Below, one piece after another: positions 40,973 to 52,302 of a stretch of DNA of 64,000 nucleotides; position 1 is the first letter of the stretch, and each line of letters begins with the position of its first letter. The position numbers were made by a program, and so were the translations under genes. Under the pieces are notes generated by a model that saw only the letters and a program-made list of their open reading frames with translations, was not told the origin of the DNA and did not search any database. Source of the DNA: an uncultured Gammaproteobacteria bacterium (GTDB lineage: Bacteria > Pseudomonadota > Gammaproteobacteria > JAGOUU01); NCBI GenBank assembly GCA_964609155.1, contig CAZSRF010000001.1, positions 19,166 through 83,165 on the forward strand, in the 5' to 3' direction.

Positions 40973-42412
40973 CTATTTTATTGCTTGATATGAAGCAAGA
41001 GCTACTTCTCGTGATTGCTGTAAATCAATTATTGGATACGGATACGTAGATCCTAATACGATACCCGCTTCCTGGAGAATAGCTTCTGGTGTTTTCCAAG
41101 GTTCGAATAAGTATTTCCTTGGTAGTTTTCTTAACTCTGGAAGATATTTTCTGGTATAAAACCCATCTGCATCAAATTTTTCACCCTGTGTAGTTGGATT
41201 AAATATACGAAAATATGGTGCTGCATCAGCTCCCGCCCCCGCTACCCACTGCCAACTAGCACTGTTACTCGCTAAATCCCCATCAATTAAGCAATCCCAA
41301 AACCAATCTCGACCATGATGCCAATGAATTAATAAGTTCTTAACTAAAAAAGAAGCAACAACCATTCTAACACGATTATGCATATAGCCTGTCTGCCACA
41401 ACTCTCGCATACCAGCATCAACGAAAGGATAACCTGTTTGTCCCATTTGCCAGGCTTTTAATAATTTTTTATTATTTTTAGTATTTATATTTACCCATGG
41501 GAACTTATCAAATTTAGCCTGAAAATTTTTATGTGATAATGTTGGAAAATAATATAACAGATAATACGAGAACTCACGCCAACCTATTTCACTTAGAAAA
41601 CATTGCACATCTTCACTTAAATATTCTGTTTTTGCATAAACAGCATCTCTTATCTTATTCGGGGAAATTTCACCAAAATGTAAATGTGGAGATAACTGAG
41701 AAACACTATTAAGACTTGGATAGTTACGATTATTTTTGTAATTACTTATAGCATTTTTTAAAAATTTATTTAATTTTTTTTCAGCAGCCTTTTCCCCAAT
41801 ATCCCATTGCCCATCAAATTTTTTATGCCAATTATTTTTATTAAGTAGATTTAGATCTTCTAATTTCCTAGAATGATTATCTTTAATTAATTCAAGGTTT
41901 TTTGGTTTACCAAAAGAAGCTCGTGGCTCAGGAGCATTCATACAACCTTTATGATAGTACGGTGTGTACACTTTATAGGGCGTTTTATCATTTTTAAGAA
42001 CTGTAAATGGTTCCCACAATAAATTAGCTGCAAAGCTTCTAATCGTTTTTTTATCGTCCGTAAGTACTCGTTTAATCTCATTATCTTGAATAATGCGCCA
42101 AGGCTCATAGCATCTATTCCAATAGATATCTGTAACATTATTTTCACGTAGCAATTTAATAATAATATCTTTAGGATCACCTATATAGAAATTTAATTTA
42201 TTATCTAAGTTGCTATTTAATTCTTCTAAAGAATAATGCAGCCACCATTTACTTGCTTCACCTATTTTACTATCTGGATTTTTAATTGATTCGCTCCATA
42301 TATAAATAGGCAAAACATTACCCATTTGAGCAGCTTCAAGTAGACCAGGATTATCTGCAATACGTAAATCTTGACGAAACCAAAATATTACAGTTTTTTT
42401 TGAAGTGTTCAT
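40973..42412 (-). CDS. phrB: deoxyribodipyrimidine photolyase
   Basis: FRQDLRIADNPGL, WREFSYYLLYYFP and GYMHNRVRMVVASFLVKNL are FAD-binding photolyase motifs. Confidence 0.85.
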   Translation of the reverse strand: MNTSKKTVIFWFRQDLRIADNPGLLEAAQMGNVLPIYIWSESIKNPDSKIGEASKWWLHYSLEELNSNLDNKLNFYIGDPKDIIIKLLRENNVTDIYWNRCYEPWRIIQDNEIKRVLTDDKKTIRSFAANLLWEPFTVLKNDKTPYKVYTPYYHKGCMNAPEPRASFGKPKNLELIKDNHSRKLEDLNLLNKNNWHKKFDGQWDIGEKAAEKKLNKFLKNAISNYKNNRNYPSLNSVSQLSPHLHFGEISPNKIRDAVYAKTEYLSEDVQCFLSEIGWREFSYYLLYYFPTLSHKNFQAKFDKFPWVNINTKNNKKLLKAWQMGQTGYPFVDAGMRELWQTGYMHNRVRMVVASFLVKNLLIHWHHGRDWFWDCLIDGDLASNSASWQWVAGAGADAAPYFRIFNPTTQGEKFDADGFYTRKYLPELRKLPRKYLFEPWKTPEAILQEAGIVLGSTYPYPIIDLQQSREVALASYQAIK

Positions 42413-42413
42413 T

Positions 42414-43232
42414 TTAAGTTATAACACTTGGCTTTTCGATATATATTAATTCGAATCCTTCTTTGTCTAGTATACTCTCTGATATACCTAAAACAGCGGG
42501 CGATCCTTGTAATGCTACACCAAGTGGCAGCATACAATCAGAAGCTGTTGAAGTAGGCACAGGTGATGGCAAACTTGGTGTTACTATTTTCTCAACGGTT
42601 GGCACTGTAGAGCCAGAGAATAAAGGAAATAGATGTTTTATAGGCACCATAGGGGCTGAAGGAGTTACTGGCGTTGTTGGAGGAGCTGGTGGCAAAACGG
42701 GAATTATATAGGTCGGTAAAATTGATGTTGGTGACGCCATGGGTGTTGGAGTGCGAGGTATTGTAAGCAAAAGTGCATCTCTTGGCTCATGATCAACATG
42801 AGCATGAAATAGACCCAAAACGGTATCAGAACTAAGTTCCTCCCTAAACTCAGATGTGAGTTGTTTATTTATCTCCAATAATCGTTCATAGGATAATTGC
42901 AACAACAAAGTACAGTAAGATGATTCAATAAGACTTTTATCTTGTAATAAAGTTAAGATCTGCGTTAAAGGACGAACAATATCCGAATTAGCACACAGTA
43001 AATCAAGATTAGTTTGATTCAATAATCCAAAGTTATCTAAATACTTCAATACTATATTTAGCTCATGAGAGTCAAACATGGCAGCTTCAATTTTTTCTAG
43101 GTTTTCTGGAGTTGCAAGTTCATCTAAATAAATTTTACTTTGTTCTGTAGGACTTTGTTCAAAGAATATTTTTATTTTTTTATTTAATTTTTCAGGATTT
43201 CTTGCCAACATTGTCCATAAATCGCTTAACAT
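42414..43232 (-). CDS. hypothetical protein with Pro/Thr/Val-rich C-terminal half
   Basis: The N-terminal half is helical. PTPMASPTSILPTYIIPVLPPAPPTTPVTPSAP is low-complexity. Confidence 0.45.
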   Translation of the reverse strand: MLSDLWTMLARNPEKLNKKIKIFFEQSPTEQSKIYLDELATPENLEKIEAAMFDSHELNIVLKYLDNFGLLNQTNLDLLCANSDIVRPLTQILTLLQDKSLIESSYCTLLLQLSYERLLEINKQLTSEFREELSSDTVLGLFHAHVDHEPRDALLLTIPRTPTPMASPTSILPTYIIPVLPPAPPTTPVTPSAPMVPIKHLFPLFSGSTVPTVEKIVTPSLPSPVPTSTASDCMLPLGVALQGSPAVLGISESILDKEGFELIYIEKPSVIT

Positions 43233-43259
43233 TTACCCTCCAACACTCATTATTACAAC

Positions 43260-45359
43260 TCAAACAATAACCAATATTTCTGCTCCCAACTCAACTTGTT
43301 CCCCTTGCTTAAATATTATAGCTTGCACTTCTCCTGCTTGTTTTGCGTATACTGTATGCTCCATTTTCATGGCTTCCAAAATAACTAAAGGGTCTCCGGG
43401 CTGAACTTTCGCACCAACAGAAACATTAATGTTTAATATTGTACCCGGCATAGGAGCAACAATTACATTAGTAGCAGTTTCACCACTACCTTCTCCATTT
43501 GAGTATACATGATCATTTATATAAGAAAATACCCTTTGATTACAATTATTAATGTCAAATACATAAATACTATGATTAATCTTAACAACTCGACTTTTAA
43601 TTAACCGTTGTATACCATTACAACTATAGCTTATATCGTAATATTTATGCTTATTGTGTATTTTAAGCGCCGTACAAATATAATTATTAGTAGAGTCATC
43701 ATCTTTAACAAGCGCATTAAAAGCCTGCTTAACCCCTGTTGTTTCTAAAACAACTGTATCATTTTTATTGAAAATATATTCTCTAGATTTAACACTGTTA
43801 ACTCTAAAGTTTTGAACATTATTCCATGGGTCATTAGTAAAATTGGTAAAATTAGGATAAGCAAAATTTTTTGTTGATTTAAAATTTTCACAAAAATTTC
43901 TGTAAATAGCCGCACTTAAAAGATATATAGGATACTCAATCAGACTATCCTGTATCAAATCAGCATAATATTTCTTAATAAAATCCGTTGATACCATACC
44001 CTGTCTAAAAGACTGATGATTAACGCAAGCAAACAAAAATTTTAAATTTGTATTAATTCCAGTTATGAAAACATTTCGCAAAGTATAGATCAAATTATCT
44101 ATCGCCTTTTCTCGAGTTTCTCCCCAGACAATGACTTTTGCCAGCATAGGATCATAATGAATACTGATCTCATCATTAATTTGAATACCACTATCTATTC
44201 TCGAAATACCATTTATTACATCATTACTTTCAGGATAATTTAAATAAGAAATCTTGCCAGTTGAGGGTAAGAAATTATTATCAACATCCTCTGCGTATAA
44301 ACGAGCTTCGATTGCATGCCCATTAAACTTTAACTCATTTTGATTAAAAGGTAATTTTAAACCATTTGCAACTGCTATTTGAAGTTCGACTAGATCAAGC
44401 CCTGTTATCAACTCTGTTACTGGATGTTCTACTTGTAAACGAGTGTTCATCTCCATAAAATAGAACTTACCAGTATCAGTATCTAACAAAAACTCTATAG
44501 TACCTGCACCAATGTAATCGACAGCCTGACCAGCTGTTAATGCCTGTTCCCCTAATTCCTGACGTAGTTGAACAGATAACGATGGCGCGGGGGCTTCTTC
44601 AATAACTTTTTGGTATCTTCTTTGCAAAGAGCAATCACGTTCAAATAAATAAACGCCATGGCCAAATTTATCAAATAAAATTTGTACTTCAATATGCCTT
44701 GGATCAATTAAGTATTTTTCCAAAATAATATGATCATTAGCAAAGCTTTTAAACGCTTCTCGTTTAGCTGCAGCCACTTCTGTTAATAATGTTTTACCCT
44801 CATGCACTATACGCATGCCTTTGCCACCACCACCTGCAGAAGCTTTAATTAATACAGGATATCCGATTTTTTCAGCAGCAGCATAGAGAACTTCATCTGA
44901 CTGATCATCGCCATTATAACCCGGTAAAATATTAACCTGAGCCTTTGTCATGACCTGTTTTGCTGTAGATTTTAAGCCCATAGCTAAAATAGCTTCGGGC
45001 GTCGGCCCAATAAAGATAAAGCCCTCTGTTATAACTGCTTGAGCAAAATCCGCATTCTCAGATAAAAACCCATAACCTGGATGAATAGCAAGATCCTCGT
45101 GTGGATTTTTTTGTTTTATTAACTTAGCAATGGTTAATATTTTATCAATATTAAGATAAGTATCACTAGCTGCTGTACCCTTAAGAGAATATGCGGCATC
45201 AGCATTCTTAACAAATAAGCTATTTTTATCTATGTCTGAATAAACAGCAACTGCTTTAATGCCCAACTTTTTGCATGTTTTAATAATTCGTACTGCTATT
45301 TCGCCACGATTAGCAATTAAAACTGTTTTTATCATATTTATTTTTCTCGGCAAACCCAA
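43260..45359 (-). CDS. liuD: 3-methylcrotonyl-CoA carboxylase alpha subunit (biotin carboxylase + BCCP)
   Basis: TVLIANRGEIAVRIIKTC starts a biotin carboxylase fold. The C-terminus carries the biotinylation motif EAMKMEHTV. It sits in an operon with liuA, liuB and liuC. Confidence 0.8.
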   Translation of the reverse strand: MGLPRKINMIKTVLIANRGEIAVRIIKTCKKLGIKAVAVYSDIDKNSLFVKNADAAYSLKGTAASDTYLNIDKILTIAKLIKQKNPHEDLAIHPGYGFLSENADFAQAVITEGFIFIGPTPEAILAMGLKSTAKQVMTKAQVNILPGYNGDDQSDEVLYAAAEKIGYPVLIKASAGGGGKGMRIVHEGKTLLTEVAAAKREAFKSFANDHIILEKYLIDPRHIEVQILFDKFGHGVYLFERDCSLQRRYQKVIEEAPAPSLSVQLRQELGEQALTAGQAVDYIGAGTIEFLLDTDTGKFYFMEMNTRLQVEHPVTELITGLDLVELQIAVANGLKLPFNQNELKFNGHAIEARLYAEDVDNNFLPSTGKISYLNYPESNDVINGISRIDSGIQINDEISIHYDPMLAKVIVWGETREKAIDNLIYTLRNVFITGINTNLKFLFACVNHQSFRQGMVSTDFIKKYYADLIQDSLIEYPIYLLSAAIYRNFCENFKSTKNFAYPNFTNFTNDPWNNVQNFRVNSVKSREYIFNKNDTVVLETTGVKQAFNALVKDDDSTNNYICTALKIHNKHKYYDISYSCNGIQRLIKSRVVKINHSIYVFDINNCNQRVFSYINDHVYSNGEGSGETATNVIVAPMPGTILNINVSVGAKVQPGDPLVILEAMKMEHTVYAKQAGEVQAIIFKQGEQVELGAEILVIV

Positions 45360-46198
45360 TTGGGTTTTCTCTTTTCTAAAAAAGCTAATAGACCTTCTTG
45401 TCCCTCTGGACTAACGCGAAGTTTGGCAATAGTATCTACAGAGAAATCTATATCTGTCTGACTAGGAAAGCTGAAACTGGTAAAATTATCAAGAAGTTTT
45501 TTAACGCTTTGCATTGCTAACGGGCTGTTTTGTAATAAATTAGTAATTGTTGTATTTAATAAATCTTCTAGATCATTTTTGGCTATCATACTTACGATAC
45601 CTAATCTATAAGCTTCTTCAGCTGTAAACTTCTCAGCTGTTAGCATGTATCTTTTAGCTTGTTTTAATCCCATCGTTTTTAGAACATAAGGGCTGATTAC
45701 CGCTGGAATTAAGCCTAATTTTACTTCCGACAAACAAAACTCTACTTTATCTAGTGCTAAAACAATATCTGTACAGCATACCAAACCAACACCACCACCA
45801 AAAGCTGCACCTTGTACAACTGATAACGTTGGACAAAAAAAGTTATCTAATTTATTTAAAACTTCTGCTAGTATTTTTGCATCATTATAATTTTCTTCAT
45901 AATCATAATTCACCATTGCCTGCATATGATGAATATCAGCACCGGCACAAAATAATTTACCATTAGCCCTTAAAATTAATAATTTTACATTATTTTGTGC
46001 ACTCAGATAGTTTAAGGCTTCATTAAGACTTGTAATCATTTTACTATCTAATGCATTATGCTTTGCCACTCGATTTAATATAAGAGTTGCAACTCCAAAA
46101 TTGTTTATTTGTAATAATAAATTAGATTCGTAATACGATTTATCAACGAGTATTTTACATTCTAAAGACACCAAAAGTTGTCTCCTCAATTTTTGCAT
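45338..46198 (-). CDS. liuC: methylglutaconyl-CoA hydratase (enoyl-CoA hydratase/crotonase family)
   Basis: The crotonase fold shows in [13 protein letters not shown]...FCAGADI. The start is uncertain: the annotated ATG overlaps the upstream gene by 44 nt. Confidence 0.75.
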   Translation of the reverse strand: MQKLRRQLLVSLECKILVDKSYYESNLLLQINNFGVATLILNRVAKHNALDSKMITSLNEALNYLSAQNNVKLLILRANGKLFCAGADIHHMQAMVNYDYEENYNDAKILAEVLNKLDNFFCPTLSVVQGAAFGGGVGLVCCTDIVLALDKVEFCLSEVKLGLIPAVISPYVLKTMGLKQAKRYMLTAEKFTAEEAYRLGIVSMIAKNDLEDLLNTTITNLLQNSPLAMQSVKKLLDNFTSFSFPSQTDIDFSVDTIAKLRVSPEGQEGLLAFLEKRKPNWVCREK

Positions 46199-47777
46199 TA
46201 TAACAACAAGACAAACTTAACCCTAGAATCTCTCGAGTATCCAAGGGATCAATAATACCATCATCCCATAGTCTTGCAGAAGAATAATAAGGATGCCCTT
46301 CTAACTCATACTGTTGGCGAATAGTATTTTGGAAATCTATTCGCTCACTCTCAGGCCAATTTTTACCTTTTGAGTGCAACTGTTCATCTTTAATCTGGGT
46401 AAGGACATTTGCAGCTTGTTCTCCACCCATTACTGAAATACGTGCATTAGGCCACATAAATAAAAATCTTGGGTTATAGGCTCTACCACACATACCGTAA
46501 TTACCTGCACCAAAACTACCACCAATAATGAGTGTAATCTTAGGCACATTGGCACATGCTACAGCCGTCACCATTTTTGCCCCGTGCTTTGCTATGCCTT
46601 CTTGTTCGTATTTCTTGCCAACCATGAAACCATTAATGTTTTGTAAAAATATTAATGGCGTTTTTTGTTGACAACAAAGCTGTATAAATTGTGTAGCTTT
46701 CAAGGCTGATTCAGAAAATAAGATACCATTATTAGCAATGATACCAACCGGCATACCATAAATATTAGCAAAACCACATACAATTGTCGTTCCATATAAT
46801 GCTTTAAATTCATTAAACTGTGAACCATCGACAATTCTTGCAATAATTTCGCGAACATCATATTGTTTTTTGCTGTCTTTTGGAACTATACCGTAGATAT
46901 CAGCAATATTATAACTTGGATCTAAGTTTTCTTTTATATTAACGGCATTAAGATTGACTTGTTTTGAACTAATACCTAAATTATTTACTATTTCTCGTGC
47001 AAGCTCAAGCGCATGGCTATCATTGTTCGCATAGTAATCAGATACACCTGATTTTGTACAATGCACATCCGCCCCACCTAACTCCTCGCTGGTGATTATT
47101 TCACCAGTTGCTGCTTTAACTAGAGGTGGACCAGCTAAAAATATTGTTGCATTTTGACGAACCATAATACTATAGTCTGCCATTGCTGGGACATAAGCAC
47201 CACCAGCAGTGCAAGATCCCATGACCACAGCAATCTGTGGTATTCCAGCAGCAGACATTCTCGCTTGATTATAAAATATTCTACCAAAATGTTCTTTATC
47301 AGGAAAAACTTCTGCCTGGTGTGGTAGATTAGCTCCTCCAGAGTCTACCAAATAGATGCATACTAAATTATTTTGCCACGCAATTTCTTGTGCACGTAGG
47401 TGTTTTTTTACTGTAATAGGATAATAAGTACCACCCTTAACTGTTGCATCATTACAAATAATCATGCATTCACGACCATGTACCCGACCTATCCCAGTAA
47501 TCACGCCTCCAGCCGGCACATCATCTGTATACAACTTATAGCCAGCAAATTGTGATAATTCTAGAAAAGCACTACCAGGATCTAGTAGTTGTTCGATACG
47601 TTGTCTAGGCAATAATTTTTGACGACCACGATGTTTATCTTGTAGTAATTTACCACCACCTTGAGAGATAATTTTTACTTTATCTTTTAAATCTTTTACA
47701 AGATTTGTATAATACTCAAAGTTTGTTTGAAACTCCGCCTGACAGGTTTGCTCTAAATCAATTTTACTTTTTAACAT
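46155..47777 (-). CDS. liuB: methylcrotonyl-CoA carboxylase beta subunit (carboxyltransferase)
   Basis: It is an acyl-CoA carboxyltransferase family protein, paired with the alpha subunit in the leucine-catabolism operon. Confidence 0.8.
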   Translation of the reverse strand: MLKSKIDLEQTCQAEFQTNFEYYTNLVKDLKDKVKIISQGGGKLLQDKHRGRQKLLPRQRIEQLLDPGSAFLELSQFAGYKLYTDDVPAGGVITGIGRVHGRECMIICNDATVKGGTYYPITVKKHLRAQEIAWQNNLVCIYLVDSGGANLPHQAEVFPDKEHFGRIFYNQARMSAAGIPQIAVVMGSCTAGGAYVPAMADYSIMVRQNATIFLAGPPLVKAATGEIITSEELGGADVHCTKSGVSDYYANNDSHALELAREIVNNLGISSKQVNLNAVNIKENLDPSYNIADIYGIVPKDSKKQYDVREIIARIVDGSQFNEFKALYGTTIVCGFANIYGMPVGIIANNGILFSESALKATQFIQLCCQQKTPLIFLQNINGFMVGKKYEQEGIAKHGAKMVTAVACANVPKITLIIGGSFGAGNYGMCGRAYNPRFLFMWPNARISVMGGEQAANVLTQIKDEQLHSKGKNWPESERIDFQNTIRQQYELEGHPYYSSARLWDDGIIDPLDTREILGLSLSCCYNAKIEETTFGVFRM

Positions 47778-48988
47778 GCTTGAATCCCTAGCGCAATAGC
47801 CTCACCCCCACCAATACATAAGGACGCTATACCGTACTCTTTTTTATTAGCGTGTAACGCATGAACTAAAGTTGTTACAATCCTAGCACCAGTAGCACCT
47901 ATTGGATGACCAAGAGCGCAAGCACCACCATTAATATTTACTTTTTCATGAGATATATCCAAATCTTGCATTGCAGCCATCGTAACAACTGCAAACGCTT
48001 CATTTATTTCGAACAAGTCTATATTTGAAACAGTTAAATTAGTCTTATCTAATAAGTTTTTTATAGCAGTAACTGGTGCAGTTGTAAACCAGGCAGGTTC
48101 TTGAGCTATTTCAGAATAACTTATAATCTTCGCAAGAGGCTTTAGATTTAATTCTTTAGCTTTGGACAAACGCATTAACAATACCGAAGAAGCACCATCA
48201 GAAATAGAGCTAGAATTTGCAGCAGTTACCGTGCCAAATGCTATATTTTCTGGTTTTACAAACGCAGGTGATAACTTTGGTATTTTGTCAGTATCAATTT
48301 TGCCAGGAGTTTCATCCTCTAAAAAAGTAACTTGCTGTTTTTTAACAACTGTATTCACTTGAGCAATCTCATTATTAAATACATTATTTTTTACAGCATT
48401 CTGAGTTCTTTTAGCAGATATCAAGGCAAATTCATCTTGGGCCTGTCTTGTAAATTTATATTTCTGAGCTGTCAGCTCTGCAAAATGTCCCATCAAGCAG
48501 CCCTTATCATAAGCATCTTCCAAACCATCATAGAACATATGATCTATCAACACTCCATGTCCAAGCCGCAAACCCGCTCTGGCTTTTGGAATTAAATACG
48601 GTGCTTGCGTCATATTCTCCATACCACCTGCAATAATAATTCTGTTAGAGTCAGCTAATAAATTATTATAGGCCAAGACTATTGCTTTTAAACTGGAACC
48701 ACACATTTTATTAATTGTGGTACAAGGTGTTGTTAATGGCACTCCACCCATAATAGCTGCCTGGCGCGCTGGAGCCTGTCCTAGCCCTGCGGACAAAACA
48801 CAACCCATTAATATCTCAGTAATTAAATTTTTATCAATTTGTGATCGCTTTAACACTTCAGCTATTACATTAGCTCCTAATTGAGTTGCAGAAATATTAG
48901 AATATATTCCCTGAAATGCACCTATTGGTGTCCTTAACGCTGAAACAATAACAACAGGATTTGTTGATTCGGTAAAATTATTATCCAT
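47771..48988 (-). CDS. acetyl-CoA C-acetyltransferase (thiolase II)
   Basis: The thiolase active-site regions are present ([29 protein letters not shown]). Confidence 0.85.
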   Translation of the reverse strand: MDNNFTESTNPVVIVSALRTPIGAFQGIYSNISATQLGANVIAEVLKRSQIDKNLITEILMGCVLSAGLGQAPARQAAIMGGVPLTTPCTTINKMCGSSLKAIVLAYNNLLADSNRIIIAGGMENMTQAPYLIPKARAGLRLGHGVLIDHMFYDGLEDAYDKGCLMGHFAELTAQKYKFTRQAQDEFALISAKRTQNAVKNNVFNNEIAQVNTVVKKQQVTFLEDETPGKIDTDKIPKLSPAFVKPENIAFGTVTAANSSSISDGASSVLLMRLSKAKELNLKPLAKIISYSEIAQEPAWFTTAPVTAIKNLLDKTNLTVSNIDLFEINEAFAVVTMAAMQDLDISHEKVNINGGACALGHPIGATGARIVTTLVHALHANKKEYGIASLCIGGGEAIALGIQAC

Positions 48989-50147
48989 TTTTTAATAGTT
49001 CTCTTCCTATTAGCATTCTTCTAATTTCTGATGTGCCAGCTCCTATTTCATATAACTTAGCATCACGCAATAATCTTCCAGTTGGGTATTCATTAATGTA
49101 ACCATTTCCACCTAGACATTGGATTGCTTCTAAAGCCATCTTTGTCGCATTTTCTGCGCAATATAAAATTACACTAGCAGCATCTACACGATTAACTTTG
49201 TTATTATCACAAGCACGTGCTACCGTGTATAAATAACTTCTACTAGCATTTAAAACAGTATACATGTCTGCTATTTTACCTTGTATAAATTGGAAATCTC
49301 CAATAGCTTTTCCAAATTGCTTGCGCTCGCGAACGTACGGCAATACAACATCTATACATGCCTGCATAATTCCAACAGGACCAGCTGCGAGTATGACTCG
49401 TTCATAATCCAACCCACTCATTAAAACTTTGGCACCTTCGTTTACTTTACCTAGAACATTATCTCGTGGCACCATACAATTATTAAACACCAGCTCACAT
49501 GTATTTGAACCACGCATACCCAATTTATCAAGCTTTTGAGCCGTACTAAAACCTTGAAATTGTTTTTCTATAATAAATGCTGTTATATTTTCGCTAGCTT
49601 TTACACTATTATTTGTTCTTGCATAAACAACAAGTGTATTCGCCTCTGGACCATTAGTAATCCACATTTTATTGCCATTTAATACGTAGCCATCATCTTT
49701 AGCTTCTGCTTTTAATTGCATGCTTAACACATCCGAACCTGAGTTTGGTTCACTCATAGCTAATGCGCCAACATGTTCACCTGAAATAAGCTTTGGCAAG
49801 TATTTTTGCTTTTGCTCTTTTGTGCCATTAAGGTTTATTTGGTTAACACATAAATTACTGTGCGCGCCATAGCTCAATCCGACGGATGCAGATGCACGAG
49901 AAATTTCTTCCATCGCACAGGCATGATCAAGATATCCCATTCCTGCACCAAAGAACTCTGTTGGTACTGTAATCCCTAACACCCCTAAACTGCCTAGTTT
50001 TTGCCAAAGCTCATGGGGAAATAGATTATTCTTATCAATCTCTTCTGCAAAAGGTGCTATGACACGAGCAGAGAACTCATGAACAGTTTTTTTTAAAAGT
50101 TCTGTTGTCTCCGGAAGGTTAAAATCCATATTAGCGCTGTAGATCAT
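48981..50147 (-). CDS. liuA: isovaleryl-CoA dehydrogenase
   Basis: It has the acyl-CoA dehydrogenase fold ([16 protein letters not shown]) and is first in the liu operon. Confidence 0.8.
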   Translation of the reverse strand: MIYSANMDFNLPETTELLKKTVHEFSARVIAPFAEEIDKNNLFPHELWQKLGSLGVLGITVPTEFFGAGMGYLDHACAMEEISRASASVGLSYGAHSNLCVNQINLNGTKEQKQKYLPKLISGEHVGALAMSEPNSGSDVLSMQLKAEAKDDGYVLNGNKMWITNGPEANTLVVYARTNNSVKASENITAFIIEKQFQGFSTAQKLDKLGMRGSNTCELVFNNCMVPRDNVLGKVNEGAKVLMSGLDYERVILAAGPVGIMQACIDVVLPYVRERKQFGKAIGDFQFIQGKIADMYTVLNASRSYLYTVARACDNNKVNRVDAASVILYCAENATKMALEAIQCLGGNGYINEYPTGRLLRDAKLYEIGAGTSEIRRMLIGRELLKNG

Positions 50148-50188
50148 ATATCCTCACACTCCTAAACTTTGTATAATTACTTATAGTG

Positions 50189-51187
50189 TTACTTTTCCAA
50201 AGCTGCAATTTTATTAGTCAATTCAGGTAAAATCTCAAATAGATCACCTGCCAAAGCATAATCAGCTATTTTGAATATTGGTGCCTCTTCATCTTTATTA
50301 ATAGCAACAATTATTTTACTATCTCTTATCCCCGCCATATGTTGAATAGCACCTGAGATACCTACAGCGATGTATAAATCTGGTGCCACTACTTTCCCTG
50401 TTTGACCAACCTGACAATCATTGGGAACAAAACCTGCATCCACTGCTGCTCGCGATGCTCCTACTGCAGCATTTAATTTATCAGCTAAATCATTTATCAA
50501 TTTAAAATTTTCTTTACTGCCTACTCCGCGTCCTCCAGACACAACAATTTTAGCTACACTGAGCTCAGGCCGTTCAGAATTACTAAGTTCATATTTAACA
50601 AATTTTGTTAACTTTTTACTGGTAAATTTTGCAGCATCAAGCTCAACTAGAGAAGCACTATTATTAGTGATCTTATTACTGTTCAAATTACTAAAGCAAG
50701 TTGTTCTAATGGTTAGTAACTTTATTGAATCATGTAGTTTAACTGTTGCAATAGCATTTCCTGCATAAATAGGTCTTTTGAAAGTATCTTTATTCAAAAT
50801 TTCAATAATGTCACTTAAAGGGTTTATGTCTAATAGAGCTGCCAATCTAGGCGCCAGATTTTTACCAAAAGTCGTCGCAGGGAGTAAGATATATTGATAA
50901 TTTTTAGCAATTTCTAATAGTAAATCACAAAGATCTTCTGCTAGATTATACTCATAAATTTTATCATTAGCGATAATGATTTTATTTAGTAACCTTAAAT
51001 CTGTTAATTGCTTTGTTATAGTTGCTAACACAGCTGTTTCAAAATTTCCAGCTAAAAATACGTCAAGATTAATATCTTTACTGTCAGTATCAACATGCTC
51101 TAAAAGGTTTATTCCTGCAGACAACGTTGCTAGACTCGCTGATTTCAAATGCTTATTATCATGCTCTGCAATGACTAATATATTCAT
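50189..51187 (-). CDS. etfA: electron transfer flavoprotein alpha subunit
   Basis: The C-terminal FAD-binding region carries the EtfA signature ([13 protein letters not shown]). Confidence 0.85.
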   Translation of the reverse strand: MNILVIAEHDNKHLKSASLATLSAGINLLEHVDTDSKDINLDVFLAGNFETAVLATITKQLTDLRLLNKIIIANDKIYEYNLAEDLCDLLLEIAKNYQYILLPATTFGKNLAPRLAALLDINPLSDIIEILNKDTFKRPIYAGNAIATVKLHDSIKLLTIRTTCFSNLNSNKITNNSASLVELDAAKFTSKKLTKFVKYELSNSERPELSVAKIVVSGGRGVGSKENFKLINDLADKLNAAVGASRAAVDAGFVPNDCQVGQTGKVVAPDLYIAVGISGAIQHMAGIRDSKIIVAINKDEEAPIFKIADYALAGDLFEILPELTNKIAALEK

Positions 51188-51218
51188 AGTATATTCACCA
51201 TTTGTTATACTTTTTGTT

Positions 51219-51971
51219 TTAAATTAATTTTTCAACCATACGCAGTTTATCAATTAACTCATCTACATTGCTTACTTTTATACCTGCTAACCGAGCTTTT
51301 GGTGTATGCACTTCTAATATTTCAGGAAGATTATCTGCATCAATACTGTCTAATTTATGAATCGCTAAAGGTTTTGACTTTGCTTTCATAATATTAGGCA
51401 AACTTGCATATCTTGGTTCATTTAATCGTAGATCTGTTGTAACTATAGCCGGTAATTTTACTTCAACAGTTTGTAATCCACCGTCAATTTCACGTGTTAC
51501 AACCATTTCGCCACTTTTACCTAATTCTAATTTAGAAGCAAATGTAGCCTGAGGCCAATGTAATAACCCAGCTAGCATTTGGCCAGTTTGATTATTATCT
51601 TGATCTATTGCTTGTTTTCCCATGATAACTAAACCAGGTTGTTCTCGTTCTATTACTTGCTTCAATATTTTAGCTATTTGTAATGGGTATAACTTTATAC
51701 CTAAGGACAACTCTTGTAATATCGCTCTATCTGCTCCCAAAGCTAAAGCAGCCCGTAATGTTTCTTGCGAGTCAGTAGCACCTACTGTTACTACAACGAC
51801 TTCTGTTGCAATATTTTTTTCCTTCAGACGTATCGCTTCTTCTACAGCAATTTCATCGAAAGGGTTGATTGCCATTTTGGCATTACTTAAATCCACATCT
51901 GAATTATCTGCTTTAATTCTGACTTTAACACGATAATCTAATACTCTTTTAATGGGAACCAAAATCTTCAT
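51219..51971 (-). CDS. etfB: electron transfer flavoprotein beta subunit
   Basis: MKILVPIKRVLDYRVKV is a typical EtfB start, taken at the fourth codon of the ORF. Confidence 0.85.
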   Translation of the reverse strand: MKILVPIKRVLDYRVKVRIKADNSDVDLSNAKMAINPFDEIAVEEAIRLKEKNIATEVVVVTVGATDSQETLRAALALGADRAILQELSLGIKLYPLQIAKILKQVIEREQPGLVIMGKQAIDQDNNQTGQMLAGLLHWPQATFASKLELGKSGEMVVTREIDGGLQTVEVKLPAIVTTDLRLNEPRYASLPNIMKAKSKPLAIHKLDSIDADNLPEILEVHTPKARLAGIKVSNVDELIDKLRMVEKLI

Positions 51972-52141
51972 CAGAAACAAATCTCTCTTTTATTTGTTTA
52001 GTTACTTACGTTTTATTTGAGGCTAAATAGTAAATGCGGTGAATAAAATGAATAAAAATAAATCATATTCTATACCCAATTTGTACCTATTTATACCAGA
52101 GATAATAATTAAGCGTGATAAAATATTGTAATATACAGTCA

Positions 52142-52263
52142 GGACTTACGCAAAAAACCTGTCATACTAGCCGAAGAACCGGTATCTTACAAAACAGATT
52201 TCGGTTCTGCGCACTGAGTGCTTGACCGATATGACAACTTAGGATCATTCTGCGTAAGTCCTG
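52142..52263. repeat. 122-bp MITE-like repeat, copy 2
   Basis: It is a paralogue of 9039..9160 with the same terminal inverted repeats. It sits in the divergent etfB / ETF-QO promoter region. Confidence 0.75.
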
Positions 52264-52302
52264 ACAGTCTTAACATGAATGTTAGAAAATTAGGTTACTT
52301 AT

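Noticed and set aside
45754-45966. 70-aa plus-strand ORF within liuC and other antisense ORFs (48162..48595, 50421..51227, 51622..51936, 54789..55157, 57348..57542, 60203..60421, 61188..61421, 61692..61961, 62116..62319)
   Set aside because: All lie antisense within confidently assigned genes and lack independent support.
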